NCBI GenBank assembly: GCA_041845175.1 | Contig: JBGZCE010000137.1 | Span: 1-40,863, forward strand | Length of the DNA: 40,863 nt | From: Filifactoraceae bacterium | Lineage (GTDB): Bacteria > Bacillota > Clostridia > Peptostreptococcales > Filifactoraceae | Direction: 5' to 3' | Shown here: positions 18,438 to 26,847 of the stretch, piece by piece | Numbering within the stretch: the first letter of the stretch is position 1 | Layout of the letters: the number at the start of each line of letters is the position of its first letter | Notes under the pieces: generated by a model | The model's database searches: none | Told to the model about the DNA's origin: nothing | The model's input: only the letters and a program-made list of their open reading frames with translations | Program-made: the position numbers and the translations under genes

Positions 18438-19223
18438 ATGAACAAGCTATACGAAATCAGTCTGGAGAGAATCTCTGCCGATGCAAGCCAGCCCAGAAAG
18501 TTTTTTGACCGCGTGGAGATTGAGGAGCTGGCAGACTCGATCAAAATCTACGGCATGATCCAGCCGATCATTGTCCGTCCGAACAATCAGCTCCTAAAGG
18601 ATGAGGATTCGAATCAGACCTATACGATCATTGCGGGCGAGCGCAGATACCGTGCCGCGCGCGTGGCGGGGCTGAGCACGATCGATGTGCTGATTCGAAG
18701 CAAGGACGAGGCAATGGAGCTTTCGCTGATCGAGAATATTCAGCGAAAGGATCTGAACAAGATCGAAGAAGCGTATGCCATTCAGCACATCATCGAGGAA
18801 AAGGGCTACACGCAGGGAGAGGTGGCAAGGGTGCTGTCCAAGAGCAGACCGTACATCTCCAACGCTTTGCGCATATTGAACCTCAGTCCGAAAATGCAGC
18901 AGGCGCTGATCGACGAAAAGATTTCGGACGCTCATGCGCGCGTGCTGGTCGGCATCAAGGAGGAGCAGGAGAAAAACCGCCTGCTCGAAAAAATCATCAA
19001 CGAAAAGCTTTCCGTCCGCGAGGCGGAGCGTTACAGCAAAAATCTGCGCGAGCGCAAGGATCTGTTTTTGCAGGAGGCGGTCGAGCGGCTGGAGGAGGCG
19101 CTCGGGAGCAGAGCCTACACCAAGGGCACGGCACAAAAGGGAACGCTGTGCATTACTTATTCCTCGGAGGAGGAGCTGGACAATCTGATCAATGTATTGA
19201 TGGAACATTTTACAGAGAGGTAG
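18438..19223 (+). CDS. parB: ParB/Spo0J/Noc-family DNA-binding protein
   Basis: ATG at 18438 after GAGGAAGGG. ParB boxes QPRKFFD and IIAGERRYRAARVAGL, and HTH TQGEVARVLSKSRPYISNALRIL. I cannot tell Noc from Spo0J by eye. Confidence 0.88.
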   Translation: MNKLYEISLERISADASQPRKFFDRVEIEELADSIKIYGMIQPIIVRPNNQLLKDEDSNQTYTIIAGERRYRAARVAGLSTIDVLIRSKDEAMELSLIENIQRKDLNKIEEAYAIQHIIEEKGYTQGEVARVLSKSRPYISNALRILNLSPKMQQALIDEKISDAHARVLVGIKEEQEKNRLLEKIINEKLSVREAERYSKNLRERKDLFLQEAVERLEEALGSRAYTKGTAQKGTLCITYSSEEELDNLINVLMEHFTER

Positions 19224-19232
19224 GGGGGAAGT

Positions 19233-20408
19233 ATGATCTATTTGGATAATGCGGCAACGACTTTTCCGAAGCCAAAGTCCGTTTTGGACGCGATGTACGC
19301 CTTTATGGAAACGACGATGGCGAATCCCGGGCGCTCGGGACATCGTATGGCGATGGAGACCAACAAAAGGATTCTTGAAACGAGGATCAAGCTGGCATCG
19401 GTGATCGGGGCAGCCAATCCGCTTCAGATCGCTTTCACGAAAAATGCCTCGGAGGCGCTCAATATGGCGATCGTCGGGCTGCTTACGCAAGGCGACCATG
19501 TGATCACGAGCATGATGGAGCACAATTCCGTCGTGCGTCCGCTCAACCGATTGTCCTCGGAAAACAGGATCGAATTGAGCGTGATCGAGGGCGACTTTGA
19601 AGGCTTTGTCCGCTGGGAGGACATCGAGCCCTCGATCCGGGAAAATACTGCGCTGATCGCGATCACGCACGCGAGCAATCTGCTCGGCAGCATCAACGAC
19701 ATCGGCGAGATCGGGAGAAGGATCCGTCAGCTCAATCAGACGCGCGAAAAGCAGATCGCGTTTTTGGTCGACTGCGCACAGACGGCAGGCTGTGTGCCGA
19801 TCCATGTGGAGGAGATGAATATTTCGCTGCTGGCGGGCGCGGGACACAAAAGCCTGTACGGTCCGACCGGCACGGGATTTTTGTATGTCGATGAAAATAT
19901 CTTTTTGGAGCCGATCTATTGCGGCGGAACGGGCAGCCTTTCCGAATCGCTGAACCAGCCGGAGTTTATGCCGGATATGCTGGAGACGGGCACGCTCAAT
20001 GCCGTCGGCATCGTCGGGCTCGGCGCGGGACTGGACTATCTCGCCGACAAGGGCATCGAAAATATTATGAAGAGTCAGCAGGCGCTGATGGAATATGCGA
20101 TCGCGAAGCTGGAGTCGATCCCGACGCTCAAATTCTACGGAAGCAAGGATGTGCGAAGGCGAAGCGGCGTGCTCTGCTTCAACCTCGGCGATCAGGATTC
20201 GCAGGAGCTGGTCGGCGCGCTCAGTGAGGAATACGGCATCGCGACACGCGGCGGGCTGCACTGCGCACCGCTTGCACATCGCCGTATGGGCACCGAAAAA
20301 CAGGGCATGATCCGTGCGTCGATCGCATCGTTCAGCACGAACGAGGACATCGACGCGCTGGCAGAAGCGCTCACGCGACTTGCGGCAAGAGCAGATCAAT
20401 TGAAATGA
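19233..20408 (+). CDS. Aminotransferase class V, cysteine desulfurase family protein
   Basis: 391 aa. IYLDNAATTFPKP N-terminus, PLP-lysine context GAGHKSLYGPTGTG and C-terminal GGLHCAP motif. Confidence 0.88.
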   Translation: MIYLDNAATTFPKPKSVLDAMYAFMETTMANPGRSGHRMAMETNKRILETRIKLASVIGAANPLQIAFTKNASEALNMAIVGLLTQGDHVITSMMEHNSVVRPLNRLSSENRIELSVIEGDFEGFVRWEDIEPSIRENTALIAITHASNLLGSINDIGEIGRRIRQLNQTREKQIAFLVDCAQTAGCVPIHVEEMNISLLAGAGHKSLYGPTGTGFLYVDENIFLEPIYCGGTGSLSESLNQPEFMPDMLETGTLNAVGIVGLGAGLDYLADKGIENIMKSQQALMEYAIAKLESIPTLKFYGSKDVRRRSGVLCFNLGDQDSQELVGALSEEYGIATRGGLHCAPLAHRRMGTEKQGMIRASIASFSTNEDIDALAEALTRLAARADQLK

Positions 20409-20419
20409 TGGACTGAAGA

Positions 20420-21706
20420 ATGAACGAAAGAGACAAAACGGCGGACGAGATCGCCAAAAACGATATGCGCCGAAACGGCTTTGAAAACGGAACCGAAGGC
20501 GCGGAATCACAAAGGTCGAGCGGCGAAGTAAGCTTTGACCGGAGCAAGATCGATCAGGCGCTGGATCATTTTTTGCAGGAGCAGGAGCGCGAGGCGGAAC
20601 GAAAAAAACAGCAGGAGCTGAGACTCGAAAAACAAAAGAGAAACCGACGCAGAGCAAAGACGATCTCCGCCATCGGGCTCATCGTTTTCGTTCTTCTGAT
20701 CATCCTTCTCAACCCCGAAACGATCAAGCAGTATCAACGATACGCCGATCAGCAGGCGCCGAGAGAGGAATACACGATCGAGTACAATTATTCCGTCGAT
20801 ATGGAGCTGGCACCGATGGGCGAGGGGATCGTACTGTACGATTCGGGCAACATCCGCTATCTGAAAAAGGACGGCGCGGAGATCTTCAGCATAGCGTTTC
20901 GGTTGGCGGATTGGGATATGGCGACCTCGGACGATCGGATCTATCTGATGGACAGGATCAACAAGCTGCTGTACTTTATCGACGACAAGGGCACCTTTGT
21001 CGCAAAGGTCGAGCTGCCGCATATCCCGAGCAAGCTGTATGCCGGCAAGGCGGGCAATCTCGTCGTCCACTATCGATCCGACGCCTCCGTGGAGGGCGTG
21101 CTGTTTTTCGATCGCGACGGAAAGCTCCTGGAGGATCTGAACTATCCGAAAACCACGCTGACCGTCATTGATGTCAACGCCCAAAATCAGATCACGGTGC
21201 ACGGGATGTATCGTGTGAACAATCATCTGACCAACAGCGTGTATCGCTATTCGGCAAACGGAAAGCTGATCTTCTCGAAGGAATTTGAGGATGTGCTGAT
21301 CGTTCGCCAATACGAAAACGCGCAGTCGCTCGCCTTCATCGACCCGAACACGATCCTTTTTTACGACAAAACGACGAATGAGCTGATCGACTCGGTCAAC
21401 TCCAATGTTTCGGCAAAGCTGCTCGCCTACGACGAGCTCAACGATGAGATTTATGTCCTGGACAAGCGCAACAAGCTGCACATATACGATATGACGGGCA
21501 GGCTCGTTGACGAAAAGCATTTTCAAAGCGAATACGAACAAATGGTGGTGTATAAAGGGAAATTGGTATTGCTTGGGGAAGATTTTATCCGAATCGACGA
21601 CAGGGAAATAAAATATCCGAAAAAGCCGGAAGGCTATTTCAAGGTTGGGGACTACTTGGGATTTGTAATGAAAGGTGAAATCCGACTCATGAACAAAATG
21701 GAGTAG
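20420..21706 (+). CDS. Single-pass membrane protein with a charged N-terminal tail and a repeat/beta-rich extracytoplasmic domain
   Basis: 428 aa. Lys/Glu-rich N-terminus, TM helix AIGLIVFVLLIILL, then a long domain with recurring YxxD/G...L motifs. Function unknown. Confidence 0.65.
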   Translation: MNERDKTADEIAKNDMRRNGFENGTEGAESQRSSGEVSFDRSKIDQALDHFLQEQEREAERKKQQELRLEKQKRNRRRAKTISAIGLIVFVLLIILLNPETIKQYQRYADQQAPREEYTIEYNYSVDMELAPMGEGIVLYDSGNIRYLKKDGAEIFSIAFRLADWDMATSDDRIYLMDRINKLLYFIDDKGTFVAKVELPHIPSKLYAGKAGNLVVHYRSDASVEGVLFFDRDGKLLEDLNYPKTTLTVIDVNAQNQITVHGMYRVNNHLTNSVYRYSANGKLIFSKEFEDVLIVRQYENAQSLAFIDPNTILFYDKTTNELIDSVNSNVSAKLLAYDELNDEIYVLDKRNKLHIYDMTGRLVDEKHFQSEYEQMVVYKGKLVLLGEDFIRIDDREIKYPKKPEGYFKVGDYLGFVMKGEIRLMNKME

Positions 21707-21708
21707 GT

Positions 21709-22290
21709 ATGGAAGTTAGGGATATTATCGGTTTTTTCAAAGAAATGAACAGCTTCGACTATATATTCATCGCCTATTTGCTCGGGCAAGCCTATTGGGG
21801 CTATCGGCAGGGCTTTCGGCTGATGCTCTATCAGATGGTCCGCTGGATCGTGCTGGCGCTGGGGGTTCTGGCGGCGAATCAGATTCTGCTGCCCTTTCTG
21901 ATGCAAAGCGGACAGTATGTGGCAAAGGCGAAGCAATTCAATTATTGGTGCTACGCCGTGATGATGGATTTTGCGCCCGAGGGCAATGAGCTTTCCGAGA
22001 TGCTCTACCAAAAAATGGCGGAGAGCATCCCATACGACCAGATTCTTTTTTATCTCGTCGTCATCATTCTGATCTCCCTGGCGACCAAGGTCTTTATCGT
22101 CGGTACGCTGTGGGGAGAAGAAACCGAAGGCAAATTCGCCGGGCTGCTGCTGGGCATCGCAAGAGCGATCGGCGTGTGTTTCATTTTTATGAAGCTGGCA
22201 TCCGTGATCATGGCGATTGCCAATCCGGAGGCATTCGAGCTTTGGCAGGAGGAGAGCAGCATTCTCTCGCTTCTGGGGATCAAATTTTAG
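21709..22290 (+). CDS. CvpA-family (colicin V production-like) integral membrane protein
   Basis: 193 aa starting 2 nt after the previous stop. N-terminal FDYIFIAYLLGQAYWGYRQGF plus several hydrophobic helices is CvpA-like. Confidence 0.6.
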   Translation: MEVRDIIGFFKEMNSFDYIFIAYLLGQAYWGYRQGFRLMLYQMVRWIVLALGVLAANQILLPFLMQSGQYVAKAKQFNYWCYAVMMDFAPEGNELSEMLYQKMAESIPYDQILFYLVVIILISLATKVFIVGTLWGEETEGKFAGLLLGIARAIGVCFIFMKLASVIMAIANPEAFELWQEESSILSLLGIKF

Positions 22291-22298
22291 GAGGAATT

Positions 22299-22925
22299 AT
22301 GAAACAAGTATTGGATGTGCGAAGTCTGGATTGTCCCAAACCCGTTATTGAAACGCAAAAAGCGCTGAAGCAGGAAGCGCTGACGGAGCTGGAGGTGCTC
22401 GTAGGCAACAAGACGGCTCGCGAAAATGTGAAGCGGCTGCTTGAGACGGGCGGCTACGCCTACACGCTGACCGACCGAGCGGACGGGAGCTTTGCGTTTG
22501 TTGTTTCAAACCGCAAGGTCGAAGCGGAAGCATCCGCGCAGACATCGGTGTCGGAACAAGCGCCAGAAGCATCTGCTCTGCGCGCGCGGGGAATGAACTA
22601 TGTGATTGTCAGCGACCGATTCGGCACGGGCGACGACGAGCTCGGCAGACTGCTGATGAAAAGCCTGCTCTACACGCTCACACAGACCGAGCCGTATCCC
22701 GAGAGCGTGCTGCTGCTGAACGGCGGGGTCAAGCTCAGCACCGAAAACGAAGAAACAATCATTCACCTCAAAGAGCTCGCCGCAAAAGGCACGAAGATCT
22801 ACAGCTGCGGCACCTGCCTGAATTTTTACGCTCTGGCGGAAAAATTGCAGGTTGGCGAGATCGGCAATATGTACGATGTGGTCGAGCGGCTGAACAACGC
22901 CGCGGAAAATATCACGATCGGATAA
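22299..22925 (+). CDS. yedF: YedF-like sulfurtransferase/selenium-metabolism protein (TusA-like N-domain plus DsrE-like C-domain)
   Basis: ATG at 22299 after TAGGAGGA. TusA CPxP motif (LDVRSLDCPKPV); C-terminal half VIVSDRFGTGDDELGRLLMKS...LLNGGVKL...IYSCGTCLN is typical of YedF. Confidence 0.8.
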   Translation: MKQVLDVRSLDCPKPVIETQKALKQEALTELEVLVGNKTARENVKRLLETGGYAYTLTDRADGSFAFVVSNRKVEAEASAQTSVSEQAPEASALRARGMNYVIVSDRFGTGDDELGRLLMKSLLYTLTQTEPYPESVLLLNGGVKLSTENEETIIHLKELAAKGTKIYSCGTCLNFYALAEKLQVGEIGNMYDVVERLNNAAENITIG

Positions 22926-23035
22926 TTCGGCGAGAGGACAAGATCACGGATAATACTGCCGTGCCGAAGGCGATCGCAGGTCAGAAGCACGCAGGGCAAA
23001 ACAGCACGATCGCATCCTTGTGATTCGCAAATCGG

Positions 23036-23068
23036 ATTCCCGTAACCGAAAGGTGGCGGGAATTTTTG
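23036..23068 (+). terminator. Rho-independent terminator after yedF
   Basis: ATTCCCG (23036-23042) pairs with CGGGAAT (23057-23063), with an inner ACC-GAAA-GGT hairpin, followed by TTTTT. Confidence 0.7.
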
Positions 23069-23106
23069 TGCATTTGAAGAATGAATTAAGAATTTCGGAA
23101 AAAGCT

Positions 23107-23135
23107 GTGACAAAATTTTTGAAGTAGGATATAAT
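23107..23135 (+). promoter_or_regulatory. Putative sigma-A promoter of the SLH/CAP gene
   Basis: -35 GTGACA (23107-23112), 17-nt spacer, perfect -10 TATAAT (23130-23135). Confidence 0.55.
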
Positions 23136-23218
23136 GGTTTCATATCACTTACGAAAAATCGGCGTCCGGATCTTGACAGCGGACGAATAAAAAGTCAAAA
23201 AGTATTTGGGGGTTACAA

Positions 23219-24331
23219 ATGAAAAAATATTTCGTATGGGCTTGCATCAGCATGCTGATTGTCGGCGCGCCGATGCAGGCGGTCGCCTTGTCGGACATCC
23301 GTCATCACTGGGCGAAGGAAAGCATTCAGAAAGTGATCGGACTGGGCTTGATGAAGGGCTACAGCAACAATACCTTCGGCGTTAAAAAGGAAGTGACGCG
23401 CGAAGAACTGGCAGCCGTCATCACGCGGCTGGTCGACAGCAATGCGCTCAAGAGCGCGGAAGTCCCGAGCGACGCTGCGGGTCGCTGGAGCGAAACGGCG
23501 ATCACACAAGCCGTCGCACTCGATCTGGTTTCGCCGCTGCCCGACAAACGCTTCGCACCGACGCAAGCAGTCACCCGCGGAGAGGTCGCCAAAGCGATCG
23601 CCAATCTTCCGGCGCTGAAGGAGCTCAAAGCAAGCGACACAAAGACCTATTCGGACATCGCAGACTCCGCTTATGCGACCCAGATCCGAAAAGTGGTGAA
23701 CTTAGGGCTGATGAGCGGCTATCCCGACGGCAGCTTTGCACCGCAAAAAAGCATTACCCGCGCCGAATTTGCGGCGATATTGGTTCGGGTACATAATATG
23801 ATCGGCGGACAGACCGTCACGCCGGAGACCGCGCCGCTCACATCGGGCCATACGGCAAAAACGCAGACACACAAAGCCTCCGAGGCTGCCGTCGTTGCGG
23901 TCGAGACCCTCAGCGACATCGTCGAGGTCAAGGGCGAATATCATCGGGAATGGGCGAAGCAGGTGCTGGACTATGTCAATGCGGAGCGCGCCAAGGCGGG
24001 GCTGACCGCGTTGACCTGGAGCGAAGCCCTGGAGAGCGGGACCGATATTCGTGCCGCCGAGATCGTCAAGCTGTGGAGCCATGATCGCCCGAACGGACAA
24101 AAATTTTCGACCGTCGGAACGAATGCGCGCTGTGAAAATATCGCGATGTTTGAAATAACCGGCGACAACAGCTATCCGTCATCGCCTGAAAAAGTCGTGA
24201 ACGCGTGGATGAATTCGGCGGGGCATAGGAAAAATATTTTGACCGCCGAGTGGACGGGGATGTCCGTGTCGCTGTTCATCATCAAAAAATCGAATTATGT
24301 CGGAATGTATTGGGTTCAGCATTTTGAATAA
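23219..24331 (+). CDS. Secreted wall-bound protein: signal peptide, three SLH domains and a C-terminal CAP/SCP (YkwD-like) domain
   Basis: 370 aa. Signal peptide MKKYFVWACISMLIVGAPMQAVA. Three SLH-like repeats (HWAKESIQKVIGLGLMKGYSNNTF...TREELAAV; WSETAITQAVALDLV...TRGEVAKAI; YATQIRKVVNLGLMSGYPDGSFAPQKSITRAEFAAIL). CAP motifs NAERAKAGLTALTW and WMNSAGHRKNIL. Confidence 0.85.
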   Translation: MKKYFVWACISMLIVGAPMQAVALSDIRHHWAKESIQKVIGLGLMKGYSNNTFGVKKEVTREELAAVITRLVDSNALKSAEVPSDAAGRWSETAITQAVALDLVSPLPDKRFAPTQAVTRGEVAKAIANLPALKELKASDTKTYSDIADSAYATQIRKVVNLGLMSGYPDGSFAPQKSITRAEFAAILVRVHNMIGGQTVTPETAPLTSGHTAKTQTHKASEAAVVAVETLSDIVEVKGEYHREWAKQVLDYVNAERAKAGLTALTWSEALESGTDIRAAEIVKLWSHDRPNGQKFSTVGTNARCENIAMFEITGDNSYPSSPEKVVNAWMNSAGHRKNILTAEWTGMSVSLFIIKKSNYVGMYWVQHFE

Positions 24332-24337
24332 CACATC

Positions 24338-24369
24338 AAAAGCCTTGTCGCGGTCCGTGACAAGGCTTT
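24338..24369 (+). terminator. Terminator-like hairpin after the SLH/CAP gene
   Basis: AAAGCCTTGTC (24339-24349) pairs with GACAAGGCTTT (24359-24369), loop 9 nt. The trailing T-run is short. Confidence 0.55.
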
Positions 24370-24397
24370 CGTGTAGGCGCAGCGCGGCGTGGCGGGA

Positions 24398-24611
24398 ATC
24401 AATCGGGCGCGAGCAGGCGAGAGAGCAGAAGCGGCGGCTCGTATAGGTAAAGCATCAGCTGCGATCACGAGCGGTGAAATCAAGTGAGAAGCGCCGAAGT
24501 ACAGCAAAAATCAACCGGGCGCGAGCAGGCGAGAGAGCAGAAGCAGCATATCGGCATAGGTAAAGTGTCAGCTGCAATCACGAGCGGGGAAATCGAGTGA
24601 GAAGCCCGAAG
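24398..24611. repeat. Two tandem copies of a 112-bp purine-rich intergenic unit
   Basis: ATCAATCGGGCGCGAGCAGGCGAGAGAGCAGAAGC... at 24398 recurs as ATCAACCGGGCGCGAGCAGGCGAGAGAGCAGAAGC... at 24510, about 85 percent identical by eye through ...GTGAGAAGC(G/C)CCGAAG. Confidence 0.85.
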
Positions 24612-24629
24612 CGAAGGGAGGAGCGTATT

Positions 24630-26009
24630 TTGAGAGAGATCTTGCCGAATATCGACAAAGCAAGCAAAGAGCCGATGTATTTGCAGCTCTACAAATACAT
24701 CAGGGACGAGATCGAAAAAGGATTTTTGGGACAGGGCGAACGCCTGCCGTCCATCCGAGTGCTGGCGGGCAAGCTCGGCATCAGCGTGACGACGATCCGC
24801 ACCGCATACGACCAGTTGAGCATGGAGGGCTATCTGATCAACCGCGAAAAATCCGGCTACTATGTCGGAAAGCTCGACTACATCACCGAGGCGTACTCGA
24901 TGGCATATTCCTTTCGCGAGCAGGCGGAGCGTGCACAAAATCGAGATCCGATGATCTATGACGAGGAATGCTTCGACTTTGTTCGCTGGAAAAAATGCTG
25001 CGCCCATGTGCTGACCCATGAAACAAAAGCCCTGCTTGCCGAAGCCGATGTGCAGGGCGAGCTTCGGCTTCGCGAGCAGATCGCCAAATATGTTTTTCAA
25101 TCCCGCGGCGTGCATTCGCGCGCGGAGGAGATCGTGCTCGGAGCAGGCACGCAGGCGCTGATCAATATCTTGGCGGCGATTCTGCGCAGAGACGGCAAAC
25201 AGACGATCGGCTTCGAGAATCCGACCTACACGATGAATCAGCAGATTTTTGACGCACAGGGCTTTTTGACCTTCAACTTTGCTCTCGACAAGGAAGGGCT
25301 TCTGCCGGACGAACGCGCCAAAAAAATGCAGCTGCTCTATGTCAGTCCGTCGCACCAATTTCCGACCGGCATCGTCATGTCCGCCCAGCGCCGCTCACAG
25401 CTTTTGGCATGGGCAACGGAGCAAAAGAGCTATGTGATCGAGGACGACTACGACTCGGAGCTTCGATACTTCGGACGCCCGATCCCCGCGCTCAAGGCGA
25501 TGGACAAAGCGAGCCGCGTCATCTATATGGGCTCCTTCTCCTCGACGCTGCTGCCGTCGATCCGCATCAGCTATCTGGTGCTGCCCGACGCACTGCTTGA
25601 TATTTACAAAAAGCTCAAGCACACCTACGCGCAGGGTGTGTCCAAGGTGGATCAGCTGACGCTGTGCAAATTTATGGAGGAAGGGCATTATCAGCGGCAT
25701 ATTCGGCGCATTCGGCGACTGTACAGCGAAAAATCCGCAAGGCTATCCGAGCTGTTTGCACTCCATCCGCGGACAAGGGTCATCAGCGACACCTCCGGAC
25801 TGTTTATGATCGTCGAGTTTGACAGCTCAAAAAGCGAAACACAGCTTGCGGAAAAATTCGTGCACGCCGGCATCAAGGCGACACCGCTCGGCAGCTACTA
25901 CAAAACGGGAGCCGCATCGCAAATGCCTCGGCTTTTGATCTACTTTTATAATATTGAAGGAAAATGGCTGATCGACACGATCAAAAAGCTTTGCGACGAA
26001 ATGGATTGA
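24630..26009 (+). CDS. MocR/GabR/PdxR-type regulator (GntR wHTH fused to a fold-type-I aminotransferase-like domain)
   Basis: wHTH LPSIRVLAGKLGISVTTIRTAYDQLSMEGYL; aminotransferase-like YVSPSHQFPTG and GSFSSTLLPSIRISYLV. The TTG at 24630 follows GGGAGGAG by 6 nt. The GTG at 24597 in the ORF track lies inside the upstream repeat and has no RBS. Confidence 0.8.
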   Translation: MREILPNIDKASKEPMYLQLYKYIRDEIEKGFLGQGERLPSIRVLAGKLGISVTTIRTAYDQLSMEGYLINREKSGYYVGKLDYITEAYSMAYSFREQAERAQNRDPMIYDEECFDFVRWKKCCAHVLTHETKALLAEADVQGELRLREQIAKYVFQSRGVHSRAEEIVLGAGTQALINILAAILRRDGKQTIGFENPTYTMNQQIFDAQGFLTFNFALDKEGLLPDERAKKMQLLYVSPSHQFPTGIVMSAQRRSQLLAWATEQKSYVIEDDYDSELRYFGRPIPALKAMDKASRVIYMGSFSSTLLPSIRISYLVLPDALLDIYKKLKHTYAQGVSKVDQLTLCKFMEEGHYQRHIRRIRRLYSEKSARLSELFALHPRTRVISDTSGLFMIVEFDSSKSETQLAEKFVHAGIKATPLGSYYKTGAASQMPRLLIYFYNIEGKWLIDTIKKLCDEMD

Positions 26010-26012
26010 TCC

Positions 26013-26150
26013 GCGAAACGGCGAGCCAACGGGTCCAAATGGATGTGAAGCATGTGCCTGCGGTTTGTATCGTCGGAGACGCTCAAGGAGAAAAGTTTTG
26101 CCAATACACTGCGCTTGATGAATTTTCCCGTTTTCGCCATGTGCCGAAGA
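26013..26150 (+). pseudogene. Fragment of a DDE (rve/integrase-core) transposase
   Basis: The translation RVQMDVKHVPAVCIVGDAQGEKFCQYTALDEFSRFRH resembles the first catalytic-Asp region of integrase-core transposases (xQxDVKxVP...YQYTAIDExSRxR). It has no start and no downstream continuation. Confidence 0.6.
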
Positions 26151-26233
26151 AAACGCTATTCAATTTTTTATGGCCGGGTGTAACATATGTTTGGCAAACC
26201 TACAAAGCCCTATTTTTTGAAAGCAAAATCGAG

Positions 26234-26263
26234 TTGTGTTTTCGCTATTTTATGTGGTATAAT
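26234..26263 (+). promoter_or_regulatory. Putative extended -10 promoter of the XRE/ORF6N pair
   Basis: -35 TTGTGT (26234-26239), 18-nt spacer, TGgTATAAT (26255-26263), 24 nt upstream of the ATG at 26287. GGAGG RBS. Confidence 0.55.
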
Positions 26264-26286
26264 TAAAACAATTTTGGAGGTGCTTT

Positions 26287-26490
26287 ATGAGTGTTTCTTA
26301 TAAAAAATTATGGATCCATTTAATAGAAAAAAATATGAAAAGAACCGATTTGATAAAGCTCACAGGCATTACCTCGAACACCTTAGCCAATATGGGCAAA
26401 GACGAATATATATCCATGAAAAACTTAGAAAAAATATGTAGAGCAATGAATCTGACTCCGAGTGATATATTGGAATTTGTGGAGGATTAG
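26287..26490 (+). CDS. Small XRE-family helix-turn-helix protein
   Basis: 67 aa. MKRTDLIKLTGITSNTLANMGKDEYISMKNLEKICRAMNLTPSDILEF is a typical Cro/C1-type HTH. Confidence 0.8.
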   Translation: MSVSYKKLWIHLIEKNMKRTDLIKLTGITSNTLANMGKDEYISMKNLEKICRAMNLTPSDILEFVED

Positions 26491-26493
26491 CAC

Positions 26494-26847
26494 ATGAAAG
26501 ATGAGAAGACTTTGATACTGATAGATGAAACAAATATCACAGAACTGATTTATACCATTCGTGGAAAACAGGTGATGATTGATAGGGACTTAGCTTCTTT
26601 ATACCAAGTTGAAACGAAGTATTTAAATAGGCAGAGAAGCAGAAATGCTGACAGATTTCCGGAGGATTTTTGTTTTCAATTGACAAAAGAAGAATATGAA
26701 GTTTTGAGGTGCCAAAATGTCACCTCAAAAAATGAAGAAGGTTCGGGTGGTAGAAGATATATGCCGTATATGTTCACTGAACAAGGAATTGCGATGCTTT
26801 CCGCGGTTCTTAAAAATGATAATACACCCGATCTAAAAACTCATTAA
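26494..26847 (+). CDS. ORF6N (KilA-N-related) domain protein, apparently truncated at the C-terminus
   Basis: [57 protein letters not shown]...[24 protein letters not shown] matches the ORF6N pattern. The similarity stops abruptly where the IS30-like remnant begins. Confidence 0.7.
   Translation: MKDEKTLILIDETNITELIYTIRGKQVMIDRDLASLYQVETKYLNRQRSRNADRFPEDFCFQLTKEEYEVLRCQNVTSKNEEGSGGRRYMPYMFTEQGIAMLSAVLKNDNTPDLKTH

Noticed and set aside
18594-20657. Very long minus-strand ORFs in the track: 687 aa here, plus 780 aa at 31088-33430, 415 aa at 39541-40788, 386 aa at 1205-2365, 343 aa at 20507-21541, 303 aa at 6312-7223 and 292 aa at 24480-25358.
   Set aside because: Each lies antisense to a plus-strand gene with a clear family identity. 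Their translations are Arg/Leu/His-rich low-information sequence with no motifs and no RBS. This is the typical shadow-ORF artefact of GC-rich third positions.
22985-23068. c-di-GMP-I (GEMM-I) riboswitch look-alike: CACGCAGGGCAAAAC … TCGCAAATC … hairpin with a GAAA loop.
   Set aside because: Only the GGCAAA and CGCAAA words match. I could not build the P1/P2 architecture. The GAAA hairpin plus T-run is better explained as the yedF terminator, and the best promoter for the downstream gene (23107-23135) lies after the element. An Infernal scan would settle it.
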